From Utricularia gibba (lineage: Eukaryota; Plantae; Magnoliophyta), in contig CM007989.1 of assembly GCA_002189035.1 (NCBI GenBank), positions 6,262,001-6,326,000 of the forward strand: a stretch of 64,000 bases of DNA, in the 5' to 3' direction. The notes under the pieces are model-generated. The model worked only from the letters and a program-made list of their open reading frames with translations, did not search any database and was not told where the DNA came from. Of the stretch, positions 28,377 through 41,300 are shown piece by piece. The stretch's first letter is position 1. Each line of letters opens with the position of its first letter. Both the position numbers and the translations under genes were made by a program.

Positions 28377-29092
28377 AAAGTAACGCCTGATTCGAATTCA
28401 CGTTTACTTTAAAAAAAAAAAAATTGAATCATCCGCTGGATATTACTTATGAATTATGAAGACTATGAATGTATAGTTTTATTTAATAATTAATTTTGAT
28501 ACATTTATTTATATCTTACCATATCTCATATTAAACCTTACGTATCAAAAGAACCATTCATGAATATTTTGATACATTTAATCTTGTTATTGGCTAAGTC
28601 CAACTCAGGGAAGTTTCTGGAATGAGTTTTATTATTAAAATCTAAATATAGCAATTTGTATCAAAATGACAAGGAATGAAACCATGCAATTAGGTAATTT
28701 TTGCTGCAATTCTACATCTAAAATTGTACATTAGGAGCGGAATATAATTGTTTCCTAATTAAGATTCTAATTTCAATAACTTCTAAAAATATGATAATAT
28801 TATTTTTGGTTTATATTTGATTTGAATTATAAAATACCAAACCATGATCTTACTTTAATTCATCTAACCAACATCAAATCAGTCATCACCGAAATCCAAT
28901 GAAATGAAAACCCATCCAAGTAGTGAGTCGAGGATCATTTACAAAAGCAGTAATTTTTTATCCAAGGTTTCTAAATTAGGAAAAAAAATCGAATTTCAAA
29001 TTTTGACCAACTTATGGAATTTTATGAGAATGAAGCATTTCCATCATTGTTTTAGATTACAAATATATTATTATATAATATTTAGTTCCTTG

Positions 29093-29096
<4 letters not shown>

Positions 29097-29124
<28 letters not shown>
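29097..29124. repeat. (AT)14 microsatellite
   Basis: Direct read. Confidence 0.9.
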
Positions 29125-29131
<7 letters not shown>

Positions 29132-29383
29132 CCCTCAAGCACACTTCCGAATTATGGAGATATACCAAACTCTATGCAATGAGATATAGCTTGCAGTAAA
29201 TGCTTTATAGGGCAGGGCGTACTCGCCGCACACAAACACCTACACCGCAGTGTGGATGAGAGTGAGGTACCAAGAGACAGAGCCCCATCCCATCACTTGG
29301 GTTCATTTACTGGAAAACAAAATGCAAGCTACAGGCTGCCAGACCGCGATTCTTGTGCTGTCGGGCTCCTTTGCATGCTTAGC

Positions 29384-30066
29384 TTAGAATGAAGCTGTCG
29401 ATGTCCTCCGCAGCGTCTGCTTGTTGCTCTTCTTCTGTGTCTGCTGCTTCACAATTGATTCTTCACGCATCTGCAACGAGGAGTCACATCAGTTCCGTTT
29501 CTGGGCGTTGTTTTAGAGAGATGGAGAAAACCGAGACAGATCCCCAAATGGGGTGAAGTTGACTTGCAAAAAGAAGGGTGTCTTCAGTTGCCTTTTCAAT
29601 CTGATTCTTCAGCTTCGCGTTCTCCTCCATCAGACGCGCCACTCTGGCTTCCAGCTCCAGAGTGTACGCCTGCAAGCCCCGAACAAGCAGCAAAGAAGTT
29701 ACGTTTAGTTGCAGGGCGTTATTCTCGAAGAGAAAGAGAGAGAGAGGCACCTCTTTTCTGGCGCGAGACCTGGCGGCGGATTCCCGATTCTTCATCAGCC
29801 GCTTCATCTTCAGTCCGTCGGCTGTCAACAGGAAAACAAACCTGACTACTCCCCGCTTCGATAACCCATAAAAAAAAAGCATCAATATCAGCGCTAGTAC
29901 CATGACCTCTTTTAGGGAAAGCGTCCCATAACATTGGAGGCTCAAGATGCTCGAAGTCCGCACTCTGATCCTGGATTTCAGGCGGAGCAGGACACCGTGG
30001 CGGTGGCGAGGCGGAGGAGGTTGAGTCAGGAGACAAGGGGGTGAGAAGTGGCCACAGTTGATCCAT
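29384..30066 (-). CDS. FD: Small FD-like group-A bZIP transcription factor, 4 exons, 131 aa
   Basis: Exons 30066-29907, 29821-29751, 29669-29592, 29470-29384. Basic region KRLMKNRESAARSRARKE|AY, zipper TLELEARVARLMEENAKLK, C-terminus TLRRTSTASF* (FD-type tail). Intron 3 needs a GC donor. Adjacent to LARP1, as FD is in Arabidopsis (recalled). Confidence 0.8.
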
Positions 30067-30780
30067 TGTCGGGACTGAAGAGAGACTGTGAGCGAGCTTC
30101 AGGTTTACAGATGTGCTGGCCCCAGCCCCCTTGGGAAGAAGACATGTACAGCCACAGCCAGCAGCATTATGGAAGTTTAATATCTGGCTGCGTCAAGGAC
30201 GATGGGACCCTTGTTTCTTCTTCAGCTTTCATGGACACACCTGCTTTGTGTTTTCTTATGCATTCATTTACTGTTCGACGTTGCGCAAGAGGACAACAGG
30301 TATGGGAACCCCGCCGCACTGGGCAGACGCGGATGCTTGTGACCGATGAGACTAAGACTGAAGCAATCTCCCTGGTGTTGCTGGTGCTCTGTATGGCGAT
30401 TGCCGGAGCACTGCTCTTCACAAGAATCACAAGCAAGAAAATGATACTCCATCCTCCAATTTATGTAACGAATTAGTGAATGAAAGAAAAAAGCACGATA
30501 ACGAATGAAAGAAACAAAGCTGACGAACAGATACCAGAACTCCCACACCATCTCTGAAAAATCCACGATCCCGAGAACTCCATCAACAAAATCAGTAACA
30601 CCAAAAATTCCATCTTTTTAATGCTTTTTTTTTTTTCAGAGTCAATGGAGTATAGATTAACCATCATCATATCTCCCCTCCTCCGGCTGCTTCGTGAAAG
30701 ACTGCTCTCGTATTTCATGCAAAATATGGTGCACGGATATGCCGCAGAACCTGCTTTGTGCTTCAGCAGGAATAGCTTCC

Positions 30781-33354
30781 TTAGGCAGCAGTGCTGTTGT
30801 CTCCAGTGACAGACTCTGCCCTGAAGGGTGCGCCATCAGAAAGGCTGTGCGTGTCGCTGCTTCCTTCTCTTGGCATTCCCTCCTCACCAGCCGGGTGCAA
30901 TGAGAGCCCTTGCACGGATGCCACAAGGGCATCTTCAGAGCTAGTTCTACGATCATTGTTAGGTTGGCCAGAGAATAGCCATTTGTTCCAGTCATTACGT
31001 CGTCTCAACTTCTCTCCCTGCAAATTACGTGCACACGATGGAGAACATTATTCACAGATGTAAAGAGTTCATAGCCCAGGCAGTTACTAAGTCAGCCAAA
31101 GCATGGTCTACATTTCTTGATAAAATGAAATCCCCGACCTGTACTTCCACAACAGTAGAATATCTCAAGGACTCTAAAATAGTAGGAATATCCTTTGTTA
31201 GACTCCGCACCTGAAATAGGAAAAGGCAACACCAATTTCACATGCACAGATAAAATCTCAAGGCAAACTATACGAAAATTGTGAACGAAATGCCCATGCA
31301 TCTTCCATCTAAGGACTTTATCAACACCCCCTGGTGCACACATGAGCATTGCAAATGTGAAAACACAACTTAGACATCTATGTGTGTTTTTATATACATT
31401 TAATATCGAGAAGGATGAGACCAAATAAAATTTCAAGGCATGCAATGCAAAGTAATTTATGGAAATTGTTATCAGAAAATAATGAAAATAATTTATATCA
31501 TCAACTGACAAATAAAAGAGGCAGTGCTTAATCGATTACTGCATCCTGTTGATCATGTTGAAGAAAAATTCGTTAGAAAAAATACAGGCAATAACAGAAC
31601 TGAACTTACTCGACGAAATGAGGCAATCAGAGTAATGGGCACCCAACCATTGTCATCCATATTTGCCCTCAGGAAGTTATCCTTGATTAAATTATCATCA
31701 CTGAACCATACGACAGATGATTCACTTGATGCGGAAAATCTTTGATTATAGAAAAAAAAACAAAATCCTTCGGGAAATGTCAAGGACATCAAATTCAACG
31801 ATAAGATGTGACCAGAAATCAATTAAGACTGACCTGAAATAGTAGTCTATTTGATTAACAATCATCCCAGTCAAGGAGCTCTCAGTAGATGGAGGGATAT
31901 AAAAAGGGAATGGAGGTGGCATCATGGGAACTGGTCCAAAGGACTCTGGAGGCATTGTAGGCGGATACATCATAGTAGAACTCATATCTGAAAGCGATAA
32001 ATATTAATTAAAAATACAGATCATTCAGTTTCTATGAAGCTGCAACTCTACCTGACTTACCAAACCCCATTGGCGGGAAAATTGTCATAGGTGGTGGTGG
32101 TGGTGGCGCCGGAATGAATGGACCTGCTGCAGGAGGCATTGGCGGTGGCATGAATCTCATTGGAGCTATGTATGGTGAGACAACATGAAAGTCTCTACGA
32201 TCCTGATCACGCCTGCCACCATGATTGTTATGGTACTGGCCTTCACTATGAGGTCGAAGACTATAATTAGCACGTCTTGAAGCATTCCGGTTAGAAGAAT
32301 TTTCATTACCACTGTGGGATTGAGAGCCCAAAAATCCTCGCACTGGTCTGATACCAGAGACAGATGTCTCAAGTGGAGGTTGAACCAACTGATAAGGTAC
32401 TACAATTGTCGAAAATGGTGGTACTGGATGTAAAGGTCGATTGATGTTATTATGCGGAGGACCATTTCCTGAAGAACTGCCTCCGGCATTGCCACCTCCA
32501 CCTGCGACACCATTCCGGTTCTTCGACCTCTGTCTATGATGGTTGGGACCAGAATTGACCTGGCTGTTCGTACTAGCTTGTCTCTGAGACGAATGAGAGG
32601 CAGCAGGAGCCTGAAAGAATAACATATTTAGCACACTTTCAGGGTGGTGGATTTTAGGAAGAGAGACATAAACAGGCCTTGAAAATGCTGCAAAATGGAT
32701 AAACCACCACAAAAGCCGCCCTTACCACATACTAGATTTAATGAAAAAAAAGATCAATTACCACTTCTGTCTTCCAGTTTTAGGCAATGGAATCCACAGA
32801 TAAGGCTTAAAATGTTAGCTATATAGAATGTTACAAACAACCCAAAAAACAAACTAAATTTGTAAACAAGGTACATTCTTGAAGCCAGATGTTTCAGTTT
32901 CAAGCATGAAAGTCCCCAAATTAAAGCATCTAATTACAATCACAATTACACAAATATAACCTAAAACACACGCTTACAAAAAAAAAAAAAAACCCATGAT
33001 AAAACCCTTATTCGAAATCGATACATAAGGAAACAACAAACTAGGCAAATCGCAATCAGCGGCGGTGTTAACCTGAGAAGATGTGGTTGATCCATCACCC
33101 ATTAGTCTCGAAACATCAGGTGATGATCTAGGAACGGGTTTGGTTGACTCAGAGAGAGCGGGCCAGGAAACGGCCCCGCCCATTACAGAACCCGCTTCAA
33201 GGACTCCATTCGACGGTCTGTTCCAAGCAGTTCTCTTAGGAGGTCCCGCATTCGTATCGCTGTTAACGTCAGAGTTTTCGGACTGGGCCTCGGGCACCGA
33301 GCCCCCATTATTGAAATCCTCGGAAGGGACGGTAGCGTCCGGCGGCGGAGACAT
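30781..33354 (-). CDS. LARP1: La-related protein 1 (LARP1b/c-type), 6 exons
   Basis: N-terminal KRTAWNRPSNG..VMGGAVSWPALSES, Pro-rich middle, La motif [58 protein letters not shown]. Exons splice GT-AG in frame. Confidence 0.92.
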
Positions 33355-33914
33355 CGAAGATCGGGACAATACAGATTCGGGAACAATTAGAAATCAAAAA
33401 ACTAAAAACTGCAGGTTCCTCCGGCGCGTAGACTCCCCCTGAAGAAGCCCCGCAGCGAATCTTATAGATAGCCGGATATACAGAAAAGATTACTGTAGAG
33501 AAAACGATACACAGTAAATGGTGACGACAAGGAGAAAATGCAGAGTATGGCCGCCAATACCGAGCACCGGAAATTGTATCGTGAAGAAGGAAGCCGAAGC
33601 CGCCACGATCAGAAAAATTCTCTGCCGGTGTGAAAATTCTCGGAAAAGCGGTGGGGTTAAGAACTTTTGTAAAGAGAGACCATCGTTTTATAATGGACTC
33701 GTTTACCCTTGACATTATCTTTTCCCGTTTTACCCAAATATTATTTTTATATTGTAAAATTAATAATAAAAAACGAATCGCTAATATCCAAACAAGTTTC
33801 TGTTTCAATTATTTATATAAAGGTAAGATTTTTGAAGATTCGTATAAGATTTGATAACACAGATATGGGAAAGATAGGGTTACAAATTTAGTAGGTTGGA
33901 GAAAGGGATGCGTT

Positions 33915-33995
33915 AATGGGCCGGTCCAAGCCCAAAAAGTTTAAACAAATAAAATGCAGGCCTCAGTCTCTGATTAGGGTTTAGGACGTGGGCCT
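33915..33995 (-). promoter_or_regulatory. Site II plus telo-box cluster upstream of LARP1
   Basis: TGGGCC 33917-33922, AGCCCA 33929-33934, TTAGGGTTT (AAACCCTAA on the minus strand) 33974-33982, TGGGCC 33989-33994. Confidence 0.55.
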
Positions 33996-35124
33996 ACAAC
34001 TTCGATTATTAGGTTTTTTTTAGCAAATATGTGAAAATATTACTTCCTAATAAGATGCAATCTCTTATTGATAAAATTAATTGATTCAATTCATTCAAGG
34101 AATTACAAATCGTGGATAATCAACAATTTGTAATATTATTTATAAATGTTTTATTAATTTTGACAATAGATTTTAGTTTTATTTATTTTATTGAAAATAG
34201 ATGAATATATAAAAATGGAAAAAATGCATTCATTCATTCAATTATTTTTCATTTTCATATGATTTTAGTTTAGTGATTTGGAATGAATATATATTTTTTA
34301 TGATTTTATTCATCATAGTCTAAATTAGAATTAATTCCTCATCATTACATCTTTTATTGAATACTATTTTGTCTCATCAAATGATGTCATAATTCGTAAA
34401 CTTAACTATACCAATCAAAGACATGATCCTCACATGTCTCTCATTCTAAATAGGTATTTGAATCATTTTTTTCTTGAAAATAGAAGATTTTTATCTTAAT
34501 GTTATCAAATTCTTTATAATTACATGTGTGCGTTCCTCTTGGTTTTTCATCATTTCTCTATAACAAGTTGACCTCCTCTTGATCTTTTTTTGATATCTTT
34601 GTTCTATATTATCACCAATAGAAAAATCATACTCACTATCATTGTTTATGTTATTTCTTCTTCATTTACCGTCTATCTTCATGACAATTAGATTCCAAAT
34701 AATCCAATTGTGCATTCCTTCTTTTGCACTACACTTGAAGTCTCCTTCTATCATGATAACAACTATCATCTCTTTACTTTCTGAAATTGTTAATAAATTA
34801 TTAATGTTATTCTAGTTTAGTATGAAAACATATCGATTTTCATCTAACATTTCTATTAAAATATTTTTTGACATATCAATTTTTCCCCCATAAATTATAC
34901 CATGATATTTCGATATATCAATTTTTGGTTATGTTTTAATTGATATGACAAACTGAATCGATACCGGTTCAAAATCAGGTTTTGAATGATCAACAAAAGG
35001 TGATAACTTTAAATAAACGTGGACACTAATAATGATGACTATTTATATTCCATACATCATAAAACCATAAATCCCTTGTCCAGTTGATCGACAACTTGTT
35101 AAAAACCGGCTAATCAGTTTCAGT

Positions 35125-35443
35125 CTATGTTTTCAAACACACCAATTAACCGGTGGGCAAAACCGGTTGATCGGTTTTTACCCAATTATGGGTTAGTGGG
35201 TAAATGGATTTAAGGTTTTCGAAAATGGATTGCAGTCCACTTTTGTAAAGTTGATCAACTTTTATTTTATTATTAGATTTTATACACCATAATTGTAACC
35301 ATATTGATTCACTTTTAGATTTAAATTTTCATTAAGCCCAAAATTCGTTTTTTTTTTTTTAAGTTTAGGTTTTCAAAACGTAGGTTTCAGTCGCCAGTTG
35401 AACGGTTTCAATAGCCAGTTAACAGGCTGGTTTGAAAACACAG
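35125..35443. mobile_element. Putative degenerate hAT-type MITE, about 319 bp
   Basis: Ends CTATGTTTTCAAA and TTTGAAAACACAG form a 13-bp inverted repeat with 1 mismatch; internal AACCGG-rich motifs; no TSD found. Confidence 0.4.
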
Positions 35444-35455
35444 ATTTATGGTGGA

Positions 35456-35560
35456 TTAGGGTTTAGGTTAGATTACCACAGCATGATTTGCACGTAGGCA
35501 ACTTCTTCAGTTAAGTAAAAATAAAAAGAAAATGAAAAGAAAAGAAGCAAGAGATGGGCC
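35456..35560 (+). promoter_or_regulatory. Telo-box plus site II element upstream of the PPR gene
   Basis: TTAGGGTTT 35456-35464; TGGGCC 35555-35560. Confidence 0.5.
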
Positions 35561-35626
35561 GTAATCACGTGGTTGTTACTTCAGTACTTGTAAGCCTGCT
35601 CCGCCAACAAGCGAGCGGAATCTGGA

Positions 35627-37252
35627 ATGGCGGTCGCCCGTTCAAAATTTCCTCTAGGGTTTCGGCCGTCTCTGCGGATAAGCATCCTCTCGCGGTTCTC
35701 CTCCTCTCCCTGCTCCGTTGATTACGAAGGCAATGGGAATTCTCTTGAAGAAGGCGGTGAAGGATCTGCAACTACCGCCGCCGTTGAACTTTCTCCCAGC
35801 GAAGCGCACGTTTCGGAGAAATTTTACTCTTTAATTAAGGAGCACCACCGCAGGAACCCTAATCTCCAGATAAAAGGGTTATCCTCGTTGAATCCAAGTG
35901 TTACTTTTCCTTCGCTATCTTCGGATTTCTCGAGCATCTTCGCCGATCATCCCTCATCGGCCGCTGTTTTCCGTCACGTCATCGGGAAATGCTCTGCGCT
36001 ACGACACGGCATTCCGTTTCAGCAGACGCTGGCCTTCTTCAACTGGGCTGTTCCGAAATTGGAGTCCCCCTTGTCCTTGGAGCTGTACAACGAAATGATT
36101 GAATTGTGTGGAAAGACCCGCAATTTCGATATCGCTTGGCATTTGATTGATTCAATGAAAGCTGGGAATGTGGAGATTTCCTTGGAAACCTTTGCGATTC
36201 TGATACGGCGGTATATTCGAGCAGGAATGGCTGCTGAAGCAGTCCACGCGTTCAATAGAATGCGAGACTACGGATGCGAGCCTGATCGGAAATCGTTCTC
36301 GATTGTTATCGCTATGCTGTGCAGGAAGAGGCGAGCACCTGAAGCTCAAGCCTTTTTCGACAGCTTAAAGGGCAGCTTTGAGCTCGATGTGGTGGTGTAC
36401 ACAAGCTTAATTCACGGGTGGTGTCGAGCGAGGAACATGGACGAGGCGGAGAAGGTGTTCCGGGAGATGAAAACTGCAGGGATCGAGCCATCGGTGTACA
36501 CCTACACCATCGTGATCGATGCTCTGTGCAGGTGCGGGCAAATCACTCGTGCCCATGATGTGTTCGCTGAAATGCTCGACATGGGTTGTCAACCAAATGT
36601 TGTGACATTCAACAACCTGATGAGGGTCCATGTGAAAGCAGGGAGAACAGAGAAAGCGCTGCAAGTATACAATCAGATGAAGAGACTGTCTTGTGAACCA
36701 GATGTCATCACATACAACTTCCTGATCCACAGCCACTGTAAGAACAAGGATCGCACCGAAGCCATCAAGGTTCTCAACACCATGCTGAAGAAGGGCTGTG
36801 AGCCCAATGCCTCAACCTTCAACCCACTGTTCAAACTCATAGCCACTGACCACGATGTCAATGGGGCTCTCCGATTGTTCTCCAGGATGAAGGAAGCCAA
36901 ATGCAGACCCAATACTGTGACCTACAATACTCTGATGCAGATGTTTTCAGTGACCAAGTCCGCTGACATGGTGATCAAGCTGTGGAATGAAATGCAGGAT
37001 GATGAAGTGGAGCCAAATGTGAACACTTTCAGGATTGTCATAATGCTCTACTGCTCCATGGGGCACTGGAGCAACGCCTACAGGTATTTCAGAGAGATGA
37101 TTGAGGGCAAGTGCTTGAAACCAAATGCCGGGGTGTATGAATCTGTGATGCAGCAGTTGAGAAAAGCTGGACAAATGAAGAAGCACATGGAGTTGATGGA
37201 GAAGATGGTTGACAGGGGATTCATATCCCCACAGTTGCAGGATGGAGCTTGA
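35627..37252 (+). CDS. P-class pentatricopeptide repeat protein, probably mitochondrial, intronless, 541 aa
   Basis: Tandem 35-aa repeats ([63 protein letters not shown]..) and an Arg/Ser-rich N-terminus; no E or DYW domain. Confidence 0.95.
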   Translation: MAVARSKFPLGFRPSLRISILSRFSSSPCSVDYEGNGNSLEEGGEGSATTAAVELSPSEAHVSEKFYSLIKEHHRRNPNLQIKGLSSLNPSVTFPSLSSDFSSIFADHPSSAAVFRHVIGKCSALRHGIPFQQTLAFFNWAVPKLESPLSLELYNEMIELCGKTRNFDIAWHLIDSMKAGNVEISLETFAILIRRYIRAGMAAEAVHAFNRMRDYGCEPDRKSFSIVIAMLCRKRRAPEAQAFFDSLKGSFELDVVVYTSLIHGWCRARNMDEAEKVFREMKTAGIEPSVYTYTIVIDALCRCGQITRAHDVFAEMLDMGCQPNVVTFNNLMRVHVKAGRTEKALQVYNQMKRLSCEPDVITYNFLIHSHCKNKDRTEAIKVLNTMLKKGCEPNASTFNPLFKLIATDHDVNGALRLFSRMKEAKCRPNTVTYNTLMQMFSVTKSADMVIKLWNEMQDDEVEPNVNTFRIVIMLYCSMGHWSNAYRYFREMIEGKCLKPNAGVYESVMQQLRKAGQMKKHMELMEKMVDRGFISPQLQDGA

Positions 37253-38383
37253 TGTCCATGATCATACTTCTCCAAAATAGTATGTAAATGGTTCTGGTCT
37301 GTTATTGAGTCAATTTTTAGAAATCTAATCATTTTTAAGAAAATGTTTGACCTATGGGATTAGGGTATAAATGATTTCATTTTAAATTATACATATGATA
37401 TCTAATTAATAAGTAAAAAAGTGTAGCTAAATACGGAATAGGAATTTATATTTAAATCTTATTCTTATTTTTATTAAAAAAATGTGAATTTGATATTTTT
37501 TATTGTTTAGAAACTAAAATGATGGTTTAATTTCCATATGAAAAATGTCGTAGAATTTCATTTAATTTGTAATTATAGATGAGATGGTATTTAATTGAAA
37601 AATATATATTTTTAATGATATTTCAAAAAGAAATTGAATTACCAAATCTCATTTTTTATGTTCATTTGAAATGTAGGATAATAAGCACAGCACTCCAGAA
37701 GTAGAGGAACTGAAACTGGATTTGCTACATAATGCAGAAGCTCTTGACGTTTATTGATAATGGCTGTGTACTGAAAGTAGCAAATGCTCCTTTTCTTCAT
37801 CTTGTTTTGTATGAGAAAGCTTGCAGTCTGTCTCGGTGTTGAAGAAAAAAAAAGAAAAACAATGGGATAATGGAGAAATATCCATTTCGGATAAACTTGG
37901 AAGTGGTGGGTCGCGGTGGCGTCAACCCAACCCAGATTTCCATATGACGCCAACAATAGTTTAATTCGAAAAGTTGGGTTCTTTACTATTTTGGATGCCC
38001 AACGACGAGCAAAAGTAATCGATCCATGTTTTTTATTGCAGAGAAGCATCTTCGCGTACTCGCTGGAATCCCAATGGGGCAATTTTGCAGCAACCCATGT
38101 TTGAATCCACGTCGTTTTTTCACCTCTGAAGCTGATGTTTCGCTTCGCACAGGCTTGGAAGATATTTTAGTTTTTCCTTAACGTAGGGTGTGAAAATACG
38201 ATACACAATCGTCGCCCACCAACTTTATCGTATTTGGGGAGAACCCTGACTTTATAATAAAAGAAAAAGATCGCTGATGCAAGGAGGAGATTGGAATCTG
38301 AATCAAAGTGCATATTCTTCAACGACTCCAGTGGCGTTTTCTTCTTTTTCTTTTCTGGGTTTCGAGTGATTGCTTGTTTACCT

Positions 38384-41300
38384 ATGGGAGACAGCGAGAG
38401 CAGCGGCAGCAGCCGCCAATCCGAATCGCCAGCGGTTCAAACCCGGAAAAATCGGCAGAAAACTGAAGTTTTTCGGGAAGTTCTGTTCAGATTGAGGGAA
38501 TTGGATATTGAAGAAGCTGCGGAACCGGGTTTTGAAGAGGAATTGTGGACTCACTTCAGTACGCTTCCTCTTCGGTACAGCTCTAATTTTCTTGTATGGA
38601 GATTCAGGGTATTCGAATTGGGGTTCTCTCTTTCGCCCCCTTTTCTTATCCCTCTTTTGATCTTGTGTGTTTCGAAAAGTTGCTGGATGAGATTGGATAG
38701 GGTGATTTTAAACGATTTAGTTCCTTGCACCCATTTTTTTTCCTCCTAAAGATGAAAAGGGGGTTACCTTTTTAGGTTTTTTTAGTGGCACGATGACTTA
38801 TTGATCTGGCCAGTGGTGTTCAATAGTTTCCCGGAGCTTTGCTGTTCTTGTGGTGATGGATCGGATCTTAGAAATGAAAGTAGTGATTACCCACTTCGCA
38901 ACTTGCTTTTGATTGTATTGATCAAAATGTTTGTTAAGAAGTGCTTCAATTTGCACAGCTACTGCAGTTATGCCCAAGATGTTAATTCCGACAGAGTTGA
39001 AGATGTTTTGATGCACAAGCAGTTGCTGAACTCGGCACGCGATTCCCTGACGAGTGCGGTTGAGGTTCGCCGAGTTCAGGTATATGCATGACAAGGATCA
39101 TTGTTCACTAAAAAAATCAGCTTCTTGTTTGTTTTCTGAGCCATATACGAGTGTTTGATTCCTTTTCTTCTGCTTCAGTCACGCTCTTCAGATGGAAACC
39201 ACAGCGTTTCTGGTTCAAGTTGCATTGATTCTGGTCAGACGGCGTCTAGGTATGAGAATCCATAAATTTTCTTGCGGAGGGTCAGTGTGCATGACTCCTT
39301 GGTCCTTCTAATAAGCAGCTCTCGCTGTCTACCTGCATTTGAATCTTCGAATTCAAAACTTCCCTCTGATGACTGGAATAGTTCTAGGGAATCACATTTT
39401 GTGTGGTAATATTTCTGAAAGGCTTGTGCCAGTTTGAGCATTGCTGTTTTACCCCCATTTACTGGCTGCCTTTCTGATCTTCAGGCCGATTCACGAAGTA
39501 ACGATTTCAACAAAAGATAAGCGCATGCTCCTCACTAAGGTATAGGCGAAAATGCCACTTCATCGAAAAATGTCATCTTTATGAACATGCCTCTTGTTTG
39601 TTGCTGTTGTTCTTTGCAGGTCACAAGCCTTATGTCCGAGATGGGTTTGAACATTCAGGAAGCTCATGCTTTTTCCACAAACGACGGGTACTCCTTGGAT
39701 GTCTTCGTTGTTGACAACTGGGAAAAGGTGATTTCTTCTCTTTACCCTCATCATGCCCAGAAAACGAATAATTTGCCTTGTTCTGAGCATCACCAGGGAA
39801 CTGACCATCTAAGGGACACGTTGGTGCGTGAGATTCAAAACATTGAGGTAGTGAATAACGTAGCTGGATCCAAGGTTCCCTACTGGCTTTTTTAACTGTG
39901 AATTTTTCTTCAGAGTCAACCAACTTTGAGACCAAAGCTATCATCTCCTGCTAGAGGGCAGCAGTGTGATCCCCTTTTACCACCAAAGCATGTGGAGATC
40001 CCATACGATGCGAGTGATGTTTGGGAAATTGATGCCGGTTGTTTGACGTTCGATTACACGATTGCATCCGGGGCGAATGGGGACATGTTGGTCTTGTATA
40101 TGCATTTGGTTTAATCCCCAATATAAACAGGTGATGCAAGAATGCTCATAAACACAGGTACAAAGGTTCCTATCGCTGTCAGGATGTGGCCATCAAAGTT
40201 TTCAAGGTAGAGTGCCTTACTGCAGAGATGCAGCGGGAATTTGCACAGGAAGTTTACATCTTAAGGTGTTGCTCAGCAGCTTGAGACTTGTTAGCATTCT
40301 GTCATCTACCAGATCTTGAGGTTACTCTTACAATTCAGGAAAATCCGCCATCGAAACATCGTGCAGTTCATCGGTGCATGCACAAAGCCACCCCTCTTAT
40401 GCATAGTTACTGGTAATGCGCTGCTTTATTCTCTACTTGCACCTCTCTTGAAATCGGTATTCATTTGTGGGTTCTCCTTGGCAGAGTTCATGTCCGGTGG
40501 AAGCCTTTACGACTTCCTGCATAAACACAGAGGTGTTTTCAAGCTCCCCGATTTGCTTAAGGTTGCCATTGATGTCTCCAAGGGGATGAGCTATTTGCAT
40601 CAGAACAACATCATCCATAGGGACTTGAAAGCAGCCAACCTCTTGATGGACGAAAGGGTAACATGTCTCCATAATTCACATCATGGTAGAACTGGATCAG
40701 TTCTTTCTACTCAGATCTGCCTTGCAGATGGTTAAAATCGCCGATTTCGGAATCGCAAGAGTTCAACTTCAGTCGGGACTCATGACAGCGGAGACCGGGA
40801 CTTACCGGTGGATGGCTCCAGAGGTTCATTTCCAGAGCCCGCATTCCCTTTCATAACCATAGCTTACTCTCTTATTCCTGTTGCAGGTCATTGAGCACAA
40901 GCCATACAGTCACAAAGCCGATGTATTCAGCTTCGGGATCGTCATCTGGGAGCTACTTACGGGAAAGGTCATCATCGTGCACAGGTTTTTTCTTGAAACA
41001 ACAATTCAAGGGAAAAGTTGATTCCATCCTTTATGCCCACTTTACAGCTTCCATATGCAAAGCTGACGCCGCTGCAAGCAGCCGTGGGCGTGGTGCAAGA
41101 GGCGAGTGCCGAACATAAATGTCATCATCTTTCCTGTTCCTAAGCGGAGGCTAATCTAACTAACCATTTCTGATGAAACCCGTAGAATCTGAGACCGAAA
41201 ATACCCAAGCGCACGCACCCGTTGCTCGTGGAATTGCTCCAGAGGTGCTGGCAGCGGGAGGCGTCTCTGAGGCCGGAGTTCTCCGAAATAATCGAGATCC

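Noticed and set aside
30640-30690. C/D-box-like pair (ATGATGA...CTGA) in the LARP1 3' region, minus strand
   Set aside because: The boxes are under 30 nt apart with no terminal stem; too short for a snoRNA.
34300-34760. Possible further transposon remnant between LARP1 and PPR
   Set aside because: Only a vague resemblance to a MULE C-terminus; no diagnostic motif.
37639-38082. 147-aa minus-strand ORF upstream of the STY kinase
   Set aside because: No recognisable motifs, and it runs into T/A-rich non-coding-like sequence; probably a chance ORF in a promoter.
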